A DNA stretch of 64,000 nucleotides from Podarcis filfolensis. Lineage: Eukaryota. The notes below the pieces were generated by a model, which was given only the letters and a program-made list of their open reading frames with translations, did not search any database and was not told the DNA's origin. The first letter of the stretch is position 1. Each line of letters starts with the position of its first letter. Location of the stretch: the NCBI GenBank assembly GCA_964270895.1, contig OZ185435.1; one strand, written 5' to 3'. Of the stretch, positions 14,201-25,987 are shown piece after piece. Made by a program: the position numbers and the translations under genes.

Positions 14201-16163
14201 GTCTCAAAAGTAGATATGTAGTTTGTGTCTCTCTCTCTTCTTCATTTATAATGCCATGAAATGTAGAAGAAAGCAGAGCACCAGAGCACAAAAATAGTAG
14301 GTCTCTTTGCCCATCAGCCACATCCACAATGAATATCACAGCTGCCCAGCCAGTGAGTCAGAGCAGGCCGCGGAAACACACTTGCGTTGCGCTACCACTG
14401 ACGTCTTTGTCGGTGTGAGTCAGAGGCCTCCAGAGGAATGGGATTCTGCAGCCAAGCACAGCAAGGATGGCTCTGGCTCTGTCAGCACACCTGTCCTAGG
14501 CAAATTCTAGTTACATGTTCAGCAGAGTCCAATATGGACCCTTCAAAATGAGATTTAAGCAAAAATGTCAAAAGATGCTGGTTGGGGATAGGTCTCAATC
14601 TCTACAGACGGCAGGTGGCAGCTCCTTAGAATCTGTCTACACCACCACCAAGGTGCTAGGCAGCATTGTTCCCCACAAGGGGGAGAAGGAGTACACTCTT
14701 GGACGAGGCAGAGCTCCTAATTAGGAAAGGAAGTCCCTTCTACAGTCCTCTCTCTCTGCACATCCTTTCCTATTTATCCCAGTAGAACATTATTTATATT
14801 AACCAAGGGAGTCTGCTGCTCCTACCTGGCTAACAGGGCTCAAGATCAGGGTAGTCGAAAAAGGCAATGACAGGTTTTCCAAGCCCCTACAATGAAGCAA
14901 TTTCCAAGTTTCATGGTTTCACCTTAATACCCCTCATTGGTCCAAGGTACTTCCTTTTCATCTGCTATAGCGCAATCCTTTCTTCCTCCTCTTGAGATCC
15001 TACACACAAATGACATGCCAGGGGAAATCCCAGCATGTTTCTTGGCACCTCCAAATGTCCACAGGGAATATCTCTGACTGCATGGGGCCATGTTTGGGTC
15101 TTCATTCAAGGAGGGCTGTGCACTGCAAACCCCAAATACAACCGGGCCGGAGGGGGGAGCAAGTTTTCAGCTAGTGGCTCTTCCATCACACCAATATTTT
15201 TTGGTTGTTTGTTAACATAACAATTGGCATCTTGGATTAATTTGGCCAGCCTTTGCAACTAATTGGCCCTTGATATTTTTGAAAGGAAGAAATGGGCTAA
15301 TAGCTTTAGGAAATAGTCACTTGCCGTGTTGGGTGGGGTGGGGAAGATGGACAGGAAGAACAGCCTGGTTTTAGGGACATTTTAAATATTTAATGCTGTA
15401 TTGTTTTTAACACTTGATTGGGAGCCATCCAGAGTGGCTGGAGAAACTCAGCCAGATGGGTTGGGTATAAATAATAAATTATTATTATTAATATTATTAT
15501 TATTTCCAAGAATCAAGAAGGAGAGCCAAAAACTTTCCCCATCTGCACTGAGATCCCAAGATAGACTGCTTGATCATTCTTCCCCAGTTCTGAAATCCAT
15601 AGACATAGAGAAGAACTCCCAAAATGGTTGAAGACAAGAAGTTCCATGTGTGTTGCAGCCAGAGTTGATGTGGTGCAAGCAGTTGTTTAAAATGCCCCTG
15701 GCCTTCCTCAGTGCTTGGAGCCTTCAGGAAGCTACAGACCAAAATATTTATACATTGCAAGGCTGTTCTCAAGCCATGAACTGCTGCCTCATTCCTGCAC
15801 TGTAGCCCGAGTATTCCCTATGAATGTGTGCAAGCCAGGATAGCAAAAGGCCTGCAGAAGTCTTTCAGTGGGTCTCCTGGTATCACAAAGCCAGATTTCT
15901 TACCCAAACCCACACACTCCAAACAGACTGAGAAGACTTTGAAGTATTTTTAAAGCCCAGCTTTTCTGCTTGACAGACATAGAAGTAAAAGAGCAACATG
16001 ATGGGAGATAGGGCACTCCAGAACCTGACTGAAAAACAAGTTTCTAACAAAGCCACAATATACTCATTGTGTACACCCAGTATGTATGCCCAACATGCAG
16101 AGTTATTTTTAAAATGTATTTCATTAAACCTTGATATATTTTTAATGCTACATTAAAAATACA

Positions 16164-16222
<59 letters not shown>

Positions 16223-19200
16223 ATGCATACACAGAGAGATTAATATCACTGCAGATGCTGTACTGGCAATAGGATTTGGCTTCTAGTCAAAATGTGGAAG
16301 GCCATGAGAAACTTGCTGTTTACAAATGCTTGCTGAAGCTGCAATTGCCTTCCCCCTGTAAACAGTACTTGGTGTTCAATTCCTAGCAGCTAATAAAGAA
16401 CAGGGAAACAATTCTGCCACATTAGGATTCTCAAAGGGCAAGAAATGGCTTTTAGAAAGTGAATGAGGGAGAAATAGGCTCATGTGCAATATTTTGATTT
16501 TTGACCAGGGAAGAGTTCTTCGTCTGCTGCAGGGTTTCTTTAGTGTGTAGATGGACACAAAATGTGCAGCTGGAAAGCTAAGGGGAAAACCACACTAGGT
16601 GCTATGTGTTATTCAAGCAATTAAATAACAGGCAATGTCAGGGACAGCATGTACACAAACAATATACGGGCAGAATATGCTCAGTTTCCATTTCTGAGCT
16701 GCCCAAACCTCATTAAAATACCTTCACATTTTGGTCACAACCTCTTGTACTTCAGATCCATTTTCAGGCAGGTAATGATGCATAGGTTTTCCTTTTTGAC
16801 AGACAGCCAGGTCTTTCTTTTACTTCTGAGGACAATGTTTGAGCTCAAAACCGACTCCCCATCAGAACTATGGAGTCTGGTAGAGAGCATGCTGGCAAGG
16901 ATCAAAGAGACGTTCTTGCAAATTGGTGACCAAACAAATAATTTTACCTTTCCATATTTTGGTCTCGCTCTTGTGCAGCCACAGCTCAGTGCCTCTACAA
17001 TCCTTTTCTTCTCCTCAGTTACTGCACAATTTTGCAAGTAGGGCGACAGAATGTCAAATCTAACCTGGAAAGCACTGCCTCAAACTCTTTACCATATACG
17101 CCAGTGCTGAATGGAGTCTGAGTTACATAAATCAGGTGCTATTGTTTTGCTGAGTGAATGAACAAGGCTGTCTAAGTTTACAAATAACAACTTGCCACTA
17201 TATTTAGCAAGCTGGTTGTCTATTGACCTGTTATGTGACAAGAAGAACCTTTCCACTTCCCCTCCTCTTCCCTGGATTTCAGATGATGTGCAGAAGTGTG
17301 GAAAGATTTTCCTCAATAGTTGGCACAACAATATAGGTGGATAGCTTGCCATGTGGTTACATGCACATCATGGTAGCTAACCACTGGGTAACTGGTTATC
17401 AGTAGCCACCTTTTTTTCTTTATTTCAGGAGTGAAGAATCTGTGGCCTTCCAGCTGTTGTTAGACTCCCATTAGCCCCAGCTAGCATGGCCAATGGTCAA
17501 GGGTGATGGGAGTTGTAGTCCAACAGCATCCAAAGGGCTACCCCTGATATATGAGTTGTGCAAATAAGTTCAGAAGAATAGGAAATGCTTCTGCCATCTT
17601 CATCCATGGCAATATGAATGCTGACATGTGGATTTTTGGCAGGAAAGAAAGGTAAAGACCTACCATACTCTGACACATTATTGTAGGTTGCCAAAAAGCA
17701 TCCTATTCATTGACACTGATCTAGACTTCTAACATGTCATAGGAGGTAGAAGGAGTGGGACTTTGGTTGAACAACAAACATCAAGCTTAATATTTTTGCC
17801 TTCAAGCCTTCTATTTCTATAAACACACCAGGCAGAATTTTCTAAATGTGGTGGAAATCTCTTAATTTTACCCCCATATTAACCCATGCTCATTACTGTT
17901 CAGCCTAGTCTCAGACAGCTTTACCAGCATCCCCACAGGTCAAGGGAAAGCAAAGGTCAAGTTTTAAATACAAAAAGCCAGCAAAGTATCCACACGCAGA
18001 TTACTATCATGCCCTGGGGCTAGTGATAAGACCTATCCAACCCTTCCCTTAAATGAGCCAGTTCAGCTCTTTGATTTTATACCATCTGGCCACAACTCAA
18101 GCCTCCATGCCACCACAAGTGTCCTTCGTGGTTCCTGTGCATTAAAGGCCCATGGCCCAAGCAATGCACTCATATTCCATGGCCATCACTGGGTTCGGTG
18201 TGAGGGATTTCTCCCCCCCCCCATTCCAGCATTCCCACCACCCACCACACAGTCTCTAATGCACCCTCACTGCCAAGGAGGGCAGGAAACTGATCAGCAA
18301 AGGAGTCCATCCTCAGCACCTAACCTATATTAGGTGAAAAGCTTCCAGTAATCATTCTACGTCAAAATTCATCCACATGGCAGATCAGTTCATTTACTTC
18401 CCTCCTTGAACATGGAATAAAGAGCTTGCAGCTCCCTACGTTAACAGTTTCTCCCAAAACTGACAAGCAACAACCTTGCCCTCTTGAATGCCCCCCCACC
18501 CAAGAGAGGCATCTAATAAAAGACAGCCTGCAAAGGAGGGTGGTCCAAGAGCAAACATCCAAAAGATTCATGAACCTTCACATTTGTTCAGTGCATGGCT
18601 GAGTAGTGGTTCTGGAAGCGGTGGCTGTACATCCAACCTATTCAGCCAAGTGCTACTGAAGCACTGAACCAAGATGCAGATTTGCCCAAGTTTGAGAGCT
18701 GCAAGGAAAAAGGAACATTGACCTTCCTGCGCCATTTCCTGATGCAACCTCATTAAAAAGAAAAAGCAACCTATGGATTCATTTTGCAAATAAGGAACTG
18801 CCAAGAAGGAAGCCGAAATCAATAACCAGGCCCAGAGAGGGTACCAAGCTAAGCTTATTCCTCTGCACTTTTATAGCACTTGATGGAGAGAGCTCTGCTG
18901 TTTCCTAGAAGGAATCCCTCTCAGCATCCCAGCTTTCTTCAGCCAGTGAGAGGAAGGAAGGAAGCAAGGAAGGCAGTTTCTAAAGGGGCACAGTGGATGT
19001 TTGCAACAGGCAGCTGGGTCAGGCTGGAAAAGGGGAGGGGGGTGAAGAGAAAGTCCCAGCGAGAGAGAATGACGTCAGTGACTGAATTGAGGAGGAAAAC
19101 ACGGCGGGGGGGGGGGAGAAGAGGTCTACTCTGGAGCTGAACAGAGAAAGGGGAGGCAAAGCCAGCCAAGGCTAACAACGCTGTGACGTACACATGACAG

Positions 19201-20188
19201 GCTGCCACGCAAAATGGTGACAATCTCCCTTTGGCGGGGGCTGAAGCCGCACCAGGGAAAAGGAGGAAAACATCCCATGGGAGAGTGGGGTGCGTGTGGG
19301 TAGAGAAATACATCGAGAGCTGTGCAAGGAAAAGGGGGCAACGGGGGGCGATGGGGGGAGGGGGAACCAGCACCAACACCCAGCCAGGACCCTAAAGCCC
19401 GAGGGAAAATTCTGGAGGATTCAGAGGCGAAGCAAAATAGGGAAAGGGGGTGGGGAGACAGCATGGGGGGGGGAGAGGCTCCACTCCATGTTTCCAGCGG
19501 AACTGATGCAGACGTGTTACATGTTTAAAGAAAACAACAACCAAGGGATCCCCACTTCTCACCGCCTCCCACTGGGAAAGAGCAACCTGCGGGAAGGGTA
19601 AGAGCGAAGGGGCCGGCATCTCCCTTCGTTTCCACCACCTTTCCGTCTCTAAGAGCGACCTCCTCCTCCCCAAACCCCCACCATATTTAATAGTCGAAAC
19701 CCAACCCTCCTCCAAGGATACTTTTCCAATCCTCAGGGCGGAATGAAATACGGATTTATTTGGGGGCGGGGGGAGACCAGGGCTAGGGAGCTCCAGCGTG
19801 CACGAAAAATAGGAAGCGGAGCTCCAGGCTGCCATATGGAAGCGAAGGGGCTGCCCCTAATCTCTGCCAGCCGGGAAGGAAGGAGCTCCTTGGCTCCTCC
19901 AAGACCCCCCCCCCCGTTCACCCCGCCCACTCCAGTTCCGAGCATCCCAAGCGAAGAAGCCTTCCCCTTCCCTCTCCGGCGTCCAGAGTCCTACCCTTCT
20001 GGCCACCCTCCCTCCTTCCCGCCCGCTTGCATCCTTCTCCTCCTCCTTCTCCTCGCCACCCCCAGGTGATCCATCTCACCGTGCAGCACTTGCAGCGGGC
20101 GATCCGCGGCAGCGCCGGCCCCGAGGAGCGGCAGCAGCGAGAGGAGGAAGCAGCCGAGCGCCCGGAGCAGGCTCCGCCACCGCCCCAT
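136..20188 (-). CDS. PTPRN: Receptor-type tyrosine-protein phosphatase-like N (IA-2), exons 1-15; 3' part lies beyond the left edge of the window
   Basis: Minus-strand exons: 20080-20188, 10953-11003, 10130-10243, 9072-9177, 8006-8189, 7096-7411, 6699-6815, 6191-6228, 5445-5770, 4475-4561, 3567-3646, 2933-2997, 1744-1956, 1330-1545, 136-283 (2170 nt; phases chain without stops). Translation: signal peptide [23 protein letters not shown]; [25 protein letters not shown] (RESP18-homology domain); [14 protein letters not shown]; dibasic KK-S site; [32 protein letters not shown] and [11 protein letters not shown] (mature ectodomain); [26 protein letters not shown]; [10 protein letters not shown]; [21 protein letters not shown] (start of PTP domain). 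All match IA-2 as I recall it. Confidence 0.96.
4905..5280 (+). mobile_element. L2-like LINE 3' end with (TAA)n tail
   Basis: gaggccttttctgtagtggctcccc...gtggactgctctcccc...gtgaactgccctg...gaagggcggaatacaaattta(aat)n. Similar 3' ends at ~11230-11525 (+), ~15390-15502 (+) and ~53040-53260 (-). Confidence 0.6.
9790..9974 (+). mobile_element. Squam3-like tRNA-derived SINE
   Basis: gccatagctcagtg...gcatgcagaag...gttcaat A/B-box head followed by the ggctggga...ctgccagtcag...atggaccaatgg body. Confidence 0.7.
16165..16222. repeat. Compound (CT)n(CA)n microsatellite
   Basis: Read directly. Other microsatellites: (TAA)n 5231-5280, (TCC)n 10100-10122, (TG)n 37584-37621, (CTAT)n 51481-51516. Confidence 0.9.
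17440..17545. repeat. Representative copy of an abundant short palindromic squamate repeat (ggactacaactcccatcatccc...gggatgatgggagttgtagtcc type)
   Basis: Related copies near 1090-1215, 2330-2430, 6900-7000, 29270-29370, 33200-33285, 36700-36870, 38470-38600, 52540-52620 and 63945-64000. Confidence 0.6.
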
Positions 20189-20760
20189 GCCGGCCGGTGC
20201 CCCCGCGCTCACAGCCCAGGCAGCCGCCGCCTCCACGGCCGCTGCACCATCCTTAACCCGGCAATCAGCGCCCCCTCCAGGCCGAGACAGGACGCGCACC
20301 TCCAACCAGCCAATCTCAATGAGCATGCAAAGCACACTCTGGGGCCCCAGTGACCTATCGCAACGCAGGGAAAGGACACGCCTCCACAGGGAAAGCCAAT
20401 AATAAAAAAGCCACGGCCACACCCTGCTTGGGGAAAAAAGTTACGCCTCCCTATTACACGAGAGGCCACGCCCCTCTCGCCTCGTATTATACTCGCCGCA
20501 TTCTCCAATCCATGTTCCGCCTCCGACCAATCGTACCGACTTCGCCAGGCGAGGCTGGCACACACCCCTCGCTCCTGATGCATTAAGTTACACCAATCGC
20601 TCCGTTAGCGGAGGCTGTTGAATTACACCTCCTGCAGGCAGGCGTAGCCACAGTCTAGGGTTTGGCCACATTCCACTGAAATCTCCACCACGATCCCCCC
20701 GAAGAGCGCAGCAACCAGAAATAGCTCTGTGTGACACGCTCGGTTATAAATCGGCAGTGC
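19950..20760 (-). promoter_or_regulatory. PTPRN CpG island and promoter with a CCAAT-box cluster
   Basis: GC/CpG-rich stretch over exon 1. CCAAT at 20310, 20396, 20505, 20527 and 20593 (all plus orientation). Confidence 0.7.
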
Positions 20761-21401
20761 CTCTTTTTCTACCTGAATGGGGAAGGGAGGTTAAGCAAAC
20801 TGAATCCATTGGGGGGGGGGGGTTCCCTATATGTCCTATTTTTCCTATAGGTCCAAAGCTCCCGCTCTTCGTTCAAAAGGAATGATACAGGGGACTCCGC
20901 AAGGCAGCATTATGTCATTCCACTCTCACGTGATCCACAGACTTCTGCATATATCCTTGAGGATTCCTGCCAGATGGATTGTGCAGAATCGACCCTCTCT
21001 CCGTTGGTAGGGTAAAGCAGAACTCTAGATGATTTGCAAGCCAGCAAGGAGGTCTGGTTCCCAACTACTTAATAGCAGCTCAGGGCAATAAGGGGGTGAG
21101 TCTGTGTGTGTGTGACAGAGAGAGAGAGCGAGAGCAAGAGAGCGAGCGTGCAGGTGCATTCACGCTCTTCCAGCAAGACTCTTCTTAATATGCTCTCTGG
21201 CTTCTAGAGGCCTGCACAATCATAGTAAACACATTTCCCCTAAAAATGGCCAGTAGTAAAATGGCTTAATAGACCTATTTGCCACTTTCAGAAGGAATGC
21301 CACCAACAAAAGTGAGTGGCCCCCTTGCCTTCCTGATGCAACCTCATTAAAAAGTGACCTATGGATTCATTTTGCAAATAAAAGACTGCACCAGAAACAA
21401 G

Positions 21402-23390
21402 TTGTTGTTGTTGTTGTTTAGTCGTTTAGTCGTGTCCGACTCTTCGTGACCCCATGGACCAGAGCACGCCAGGCACTTCTGTCCTCCACTGCCTCCTGCA
21501 GTTTGATCAAACTCATGCTGGTAGCTTCAAGAACACCATCCAACCATCTCATCCTCTGTCGTTCCCTTCTCCTTGTGCCCTCCATCTTTCCCAACATCAG
21601 GGTCTTTTCCGGGGAGTCTTCTCTTCTCATGAGGTGGCCAAAGTATTGGAGCCTCAGCTTCACAATCTGTCCTTCCAGTGAGCACTCAGGGCTGATTTCC
21701 TTAAGAATGGATACGTTTGATCTTCTTGCAGTCCATGGGACTCTCAAGAGTCTCCTCCAGCACCATAATTCAAAAGCATCAATTCTTCGGCGATCAGCCT
21801 TCTTTATGCTCCAGCTCTCACTTCCATACATCACTACTGGGAAAACCATAGCTTTAACTATACGGACCTTTGTTGGCAAGGTGATGTCTCTACTTTTTAA
21901 GATGCTGTCTAGGTTTGTCATTGCTTTTCTCCCAAGAAGCAGGCGTCTTTTAATTTCGTGACTGCGGTCACCATCTGCAGTGATCATGGAGCCCAAGAAA
22001 GTAAAATCTCTTACTGCCTCCATTTCTTCCCCTTCAATTTGCCAGGAGGTGATGGGACCAGTGGCCATGATCTTCGTTTTTTTGATGTTGAGCTTCAGAC
22101 CATATTTTGTGCTCTCCTCTTTCACCCTCAATAAAAGGTTCTTTAATTCCTCCTCACTTTCTGCCATCAAGGTTGTGTCATCTGCATATCTGAGGTTGTT
22201 GATATTTCTTCCGGCAATCTTAATTCCGGCTTCGGATTCATCCAGCCCAGCCTTTCGCATGATGAATTCTGCATATAAGTTAAATAAGCAGGGAGACATT
22301 ATACAGCCTTGTCGTACTCCTTTCCCAATTTTGAACCAATCAGTTGTTCCATATCCAGTTCTAACTGTAGCTTCTTGTCCCACATAGAGATTTATCAGGA
22401 GACAGATGAGGTGATCAGGCACTCCCATTTCTTTAAGAACTTGCCATAGTTTGCTGTGGTCGACACAGTCAAAGGCTTTTGCATAGTCAATGAAGCAGAA
22501 GTAGATGTTTTTCTGGAACTCTCTAGCTTTCTCCATAATCCAGCGCATGTTTGCAATTTGGTCTCTGGTTCCTCTGCCTCTTCTAAATCCAGCTTGCACT
22601 TCTGGGAGTTCTTGGTCCACATACTGCTTGAGCCTTCCTTGTAGAATTTTAAGCATAACCTTGCTAGCGTGTGAAATGAGTGCAATTGTGCGGTAGTTGG
22701 AGCATTCTTTGGCACTGCCCTTCTTTGGGATTGGGATGTAGACTGATCTTCTCCAATCCTCTGGCCACTGCTGAGTTTTCCAAACTTGCTGGCATATTGA
22801 GTGCAGCACCTTAACAGCATCATCTTTTAAAATTTTAAATAGTTCAGCTGGAATACCATCACTTCCACTGGCCTTGTTATTTGCAGTGCTTTCTAAGGCC
22901 CATTTGACTTCACTCTCCAGGATGTCTGGCTCAAGGTCAGCAATCACACTACCTGGGGTGTACGAGACATCCATATCTTTCTGGTATAATTCCTCTGTGT
23001 ATTCTTGCCACCTCTTCTTGATGTCTTCTGCTTCTGTTAGGTCCTTACCACTTTTGTCCTTTATTATGGTAATCTTTGTACGAAATGTTCCTTTCATATT
23101 TCCGATTTTCTTGAACAGATCTCTGGTTCTTCCCATTCTGTTGTTTTCCTCTATTCCTTTGCATTGCTCATTTAAGAAGGCCTTCTTGTCTCTCCTTGCT
23201 ATTCTTTGGAAATCTGCATTCAATTTCCTGTATCTTTCACTATCTCCCTCGCATTTTGCTTGCCTTCTCTCCCCCGCTATTTGTAAGGCCTCGTTGGACA
23301 GCCACTTTGCTTTCTTGCATTTCTTTTTCATTGGGATGGTTTTAGTTGCTGCCTCCTGTATAATGTGCAAGGCAGTGATCCATGAAGGGG
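21402..23390 (-). mobile_element. RTE-BovB LINE, internally deleted, with intact 650-codon RT ORF
   Basis: ORF 21418-23370 with GVRQGCIMSP and LRYADD RT motifs; BovB-type 3' end GAGTCGGACACGACTAAACGACTAAAC(AAC)n; 12-bp TSD accagaaacaag at 21390-21401 and 23391-23402. Confidence 0.95.
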
Positions 23391-25164
23391 ACCAGAAACA
23401 AGAGCACTTCTCAAAAACAGAGCATGTGCACTTGATTCAAGGCCAATCATCACACACTGCTCTCCCCGCCACAGTTCCAATAAAACAGAAAAGGCCCAAT
23501 GCACTCACTAGAGGGGCTAAGCCAGAACAACAGCCATTGTATTGAAGAGCCAATGTTAAGTGCTCCTGCCAGCTTTCAATGCAGAGCAGCTTCAACCCAA
23601 AAGATGCAAGTTTAGGCTCTTGTGACAAAATAACCTTAAGCAAAATCACACGGCTCTGCCATATTTTTTCGGCATTCCACAACAGCAACTTTCATAGGTT
23701 AATTTAGTGGTTAAGGGGCAGCAGGAAGAGGGAAATGCTATTTGCTCATTTCAGCTGGTACCTCCTCACACGCTGTAGGACTAAAGCGGTTTACTTTTTC
23801 AAACTCCCTGTGTCTTTCTATAGAACTAGAAACTTATCTAACTTGCCAGGGGGTCAGGGCAGCATACAACAATGCTGCCTCTCTTTTTTGTTTCCCTACA
23901 GTTTTGTTATAGTTGGAAGAACATGTTTCACCATCAGCTGGAGGACTATATAGCAGGTAAGAGATTGCTTGTGTGCCATCTAGGAAATGATGATATGGAA
24001 ACAGAAGTTGGGGGCACAACTAAAAAGCATGAAGTTTTTGCAAATGGAAATGTTTGATTTTGCCTTGGAAGACAGCGTGTCGACTGTTTGGGTCAAAGGA
24101 TCAGACAAGAGACCCAATTCTTGCCCAGGGGCTCCCATTGCTGGCTTTTGCCACTGGAAAAAGATACCTTCCACATAGAGCAGTGATAGGTAGGAACCTC
24201 AGATTTGGGGGCTGAATGCAGCCCTCCAAGCCTCTTTACCTGGCCCTCCTGATTCTTCTCATGCCGCATCCCTCAATGGCTCTGCTCTTTCCTGGCAGCA
24301 ATGTGTCCCTGACCTGTGACCATGCCCCTGGCTTGTCTGGATGAAGGATACAGATGCGGGATGGGTGGAAGGTGTATGTAAACACTTCCGATTTCACTGT
24401 ACAAAGGTTAAAAATCACACCTGTTGCTCCCCACACTTTTGGCTCTGACGCCACCCATCACTGACATGCAGCATCCACAGGTGGCTGCCATTGAGCAAAC
24501 AGAGGCCTCCAGCTGAAAAGGTTCCTCACTACACCATGCATGGTGACATTGCAGTCAGCTTCATGTGTTATTCCCTTCCAACAGAATATCTGAAGGAGAA
24601 ACTATGGGGGTAATAAGCAAATGGTATAAGACTGGAGGAAGGTGACCACGTTGACAAGGTTGTCTGTGTCTTTTCTGTCCACTTTTCATTAACACCCCTT
24701 GCCCAGATTAGAGCTAAAACCAGAGGCTCTGCTAAAGATAGGCATGTATTGTCTCATGATGCTTTGAACCTCCAGTCTCACTATTTTAGATTAGAACAGT
24801 CAATCCTCCGCCCTGATACGGAGAGCTGGGAAACCCATATTCCTACTTCCCAGGACCAGGCCTGCATAGGGGCTGAGGGCACTTTCAGACTATCAGTATT
24901 TTCAGATTGGATTCAACCACATAGTGGCAAACTCTGGCTGCACAATTATAGTGGACCAGGACATCCTGCGTCACAAACCTCCTTCTCCTAAAGGCTATGC
25001 TCTTTGCAATAAGGAAAGTGATGGGAAAATGCACAGGAAAGTGTGGGATAACACTTGAATTGATGCAATGTCATCTAACCTCCTGGCAAACAATTCAGGA
25101 GGAATGCTCAGTGAACAAGTCTTCTGGAGCTCCCTGAGTAAGGAGATTCCATTCATTGGTATCT

Positions 25165-25313
25165 TAGGGCTGCCATACATCCAGAATTTCCTGGAAATTG
25201 CTGGAACTTGGCTATCAAAAACAGTGTCCAGGTGGAATTATCTGGGAAAATCAGAACGTACGTCAACCCAATTTTTGTGTCTGGATTTTCACTTTTTAAA
25301 TATGGCAACTCTA
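25165..25313. mobile_element. hAT-type MITE
   Basis: TIR tagggctgccata / tatggcaactcta; perfect 8-bp TSD tggtatct at 25157-25164 and 25314-25321. Confidence 0.85.
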
Positions 25314-25640
25314 TGGTATCTAGGCAGCCAAGTTTCTGGGGATTCCCTCATCCATGGCAAGATAAAATAATTCCCCCCCACCCCAGCTACTAGAATTATG
25401 GATAGAAAATGGTGCTGAACAGTGCATTCCCACAAATGTAATCTACCTGGTGTGATCTTGTGTACTTGCCTGTGTATATAATGCCTCTCAGACATTGCTT
25501 GCTTGGCAGCCAGTATCTCTCATTGACATTTTGAGAGAGGCACTTCACACAGGGCGGTAGCTAATTTAGAACCCAACCAAGTGAATGAGCAAAGGATGTG
25601 GGAGTGGGATGATCCAATTAAAAGTATGCATCACTTGGCA

Positions 25641-25646
25641 TTTATT
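25641..25646 (-). terminator. Probable DNPEP polyadenylation signal
   Basis: tttatt on plus = AATAAA on minus, about 340 nt after the stop codon. Confidence 0.55.
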
Positions 25647-25987
25647 CAATGCTGGAATTTCACCCATAATTTCAGTGCCCACTTAAAGCACCAAGATGAC
25701 TGTAGATAGCCCTTTAACATGTCATTATCTTGAATAAAGTTTTCTATCAGCTATGAAGGAGCGAGGATGAGCTGTTCTATGGCACAGGCTCTCTGGATCA
25801 GGCCTTCCTGGCTGTACGCAAGCCTCAAATGCCCAGCCTCTTTTGGAAAATGACTGTAGAAAGGGGGGGGGGGAAGATGCAACACTCCAGAAGCAGTCGT
25901 TCCATGAGCCACTGTACAACATGTGCCTTAATTGCTATCTGGCCAGGGAGAGGGGGCGTTAGCCACTTCCTGTGCTTGAGATGCTCT

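Noticed and set aside
22874-23545. 223-aa plus-strand ORF and other plus ORFs in 21446-22823
   Set aside because: Antisense shadows of the BovB RT ORF.
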